Origin: Eledone cirrhosa
Taxonomy: Eukaryota
Length of the DNA: 64,000 nucleotides
Assembly: GCA_964016885.1 (NCBI GenBank)
Contig: OZ024762.1
Location: 29,574,001 to 29,638,000, forward strand
Reading direction: 5' to 3'
A program made the translations under genes and the position numbers. Of the stretch, positions 62,201 to 64,000 are shown in pieces. Position 1 is the first letter of the stretch; each line of letters starts with the position of its first letter. The notes below the pieces were generated by a model. The model worked only from the letters and a program-made list of their open reading frames with translations. It did not search any database and had not been told where the DNA came from.

Positions 62201-64000
62201 TACAGTGTGGACTGGGAGGTTTTTACCGTGTTGCCTACACGGCCACATTACAGCGTGGACTGTCTGGCGGGTTATCTACGGCTGGATGCCCTTCCTAACA
62301 CCAACCACATTTACAGTGTGGACTGGGAGGTTTTTACTGTGTTGCCTACACGGCCACATTACAGCGTGGACTGTCTGGCGGGTTTTCTACGGCTGGATGC
62401 CCTTCCTAACACCAACCACATTTACAGTGTGGACTGGGAGATTTTTACCGTGTTGCCTACACGGCCACATTACAGCGTGGACTGTCTGGCGGGTTTTCTA
62501 CGGCTGGATGCCCTTCCTAACACCAACCACATTTACAGTGTGGGGCTGGAAGGTTTTTACTGTGTTGCCTACACAGCCACATTACAGCGTGGACTGTCTG
62601 GCGGGTTTTCTACAGCTGGATGCCCTTCCTAACACCAACTACGTTTACAGTGTGGAACTGGGAGGTTTTTACCGTGTTGCCTACACGGCCACATTACAGC
62701 GTGGACTGTCTGGCGGGTTTTCTACGGCTGGATGCCCTTCCTAACACCAACCACATTTACAGTGTGGGCTGGGAGGTTTTTACCGTGTTGCCTACACGGC
62801 CACATTACAGTGTGGACTGTCTGGCGGGTTTTTACCGTGTTGCCTACACGGCCACATTACAGCGTGGACTGTCTGGCGGGTTTTCTACGGCTGGATGCCC
62901 TTCCTAACACCAACCACATTTACAGTGTGGACTGGGAGATTTTTACCGTGTTGCCTACACGGCCACATTACAGCGTGGACTGTCTGGCGGGTTTTCTAAG
63001 GCTGGATGCCCTTCCTAACACCAACCACATTTACAGTGTGGGCTGGGAGGTTTTTACCGTGTTGCCTACACGGCCACATTACAGCGTGGACTGTCTGGCA
63101 GGTTTTCTGCAGCTGGATGCCCTTCCTAACACCAACTACGCTTACAGTGTGGAACTGGGAGGTTTTTACCGTGTTGCCTACACGGCCACATTACAGCGTG
63201 GACTGTCTGGCGGGTTTTCTACAGCTGGATGCCCTTCCTAACACCAACCACATTTACAGTGTGGACTGGGAGATTTTTACCGTGTTGCCTACACGGCCAC
63301 ATTACAGCGTGGACTGTCTGGCGGGTTTCCTACGGCTGGATGCCCTTCCTAACACCAACCACATTTACAGTGTGGACTGGGAGGTTTTTACCGTGTTGCC
63401 TACACGGCCACATTACAGCGTTGACTGTCTGGCGGATTTTCTACGGCTGGATGCCCTTCCTAACACCAACCACATTTACAGTGTGGACTGGGAGGTTTTT
63501 ACCGTGTTGCCTACACGGCCACATTACAGCGTGGACTGTCTGGCGGGTTTTCTACGGCTGGATGCCCTTCCTAACACCAACCACATTTAGTGTGGGGTTG
63601 CGAGGTTTTTACTGTGTTGCTTACACGGCCACATTATAGCGTGGACTGCCTGGCGGGTTTTCTACGGCTGGATGCCCTTCCTAACACCAAACACATTTAC
63701 AGTGTGGACTGGGAGGTTTTTACCGTGTTGCCTACACGGCCACATTACAGCGTGGATTGACTGGCGGGTTTTCTACGGCTGGATGTCCTTCCTAACACCA
63801 ACCACATTTACAGTGTGGGGCTGGGAGGTTTTTACTGTGTTGCCTACACAGCCACATTACAGCGTGGACTGTCTGGCGGGTTTTCTACAGCTAGATGCCC
63901 TTCCTAACACCAACTACGTTTACAGTGTGGAACTGGGAGGTTTTTACCGTGTTGCCTACACGGCCACATTACAGCGTGGACTGTCTGGCGGGTTTTCTAC
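50216..64000 (-). repeat. ~111-bp satellite array (>120 units, open at window end) derived from the RTE 3' UTR, with higher-order structure
   Basis: Unit ggactgtctggcgggttttctac(a/g)gctggatgcccttcctaacaccaaccacatttacagtgtggactggga(g)gtttttaccgtgttgcctacacggccacattacagcgt. Single-copy homologues lie at ~28655-28770 and ~41300-41415. Confidence 0.97.

Noticed and set aside
37760-64000. CRISPR-like arrays or Cys/His-rich repeat proteins in the 48-, 49- and 111-bp arrays
   Set aside because: These are head-to-tail repeats with no unique spacers and no cas genes, in a eukaryotic TE context. The ORFs frameshift constantly.

Overview
This is a repeat-saturated, AT-rich eukaryotic (animal) region with no host protein-coding gene that I can support. 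The SINE and RTE families resemble those of octopus/molluscs, but that is inference. About 55% of the window is tandem arrays: 45 bp (1-15.1 kb), 21 bp (15.5-18.8 kb), 140 bp, 170 bp, 49 bp, 48 bp and ~111 bp (50.2-64 kb). The long repetitive ORFs in the track are by-products of these arrays. The rest is transposon debris in (TA)n microsatellite: RTE LINEs with a PHD-like finger, a Tx1/L1-like 5'-inverted insertion, CR1-like fragments, two internally deleted DD37D (maT) Tc1/mariner copies, Penelope-like GIY-YIG fragments, two tRNA-derived SINE families and small MITEs. Three things stand out. (1) Five of the seven arrays can be traced to retroposon parts present in the same window: the 45-mer and 170-mer carry SINE heads, and the 48-, 49- and 111-mers come from one RTE 3'-UTR motif whose hairpin is kept by compensatory changes. 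(2) There are about ten minimal type-I hammerhead-ribozyme-like motifs or half-motifs with palindromic loop 3, two with fully canonical cores, often in fold-back structures typical of Penelope-like pseudo-LTRs. (3) One LINE insertion shows a clear twin-priming structure. All structures were read by eye; no searches or folding programs were run, and boundaries are approximate.
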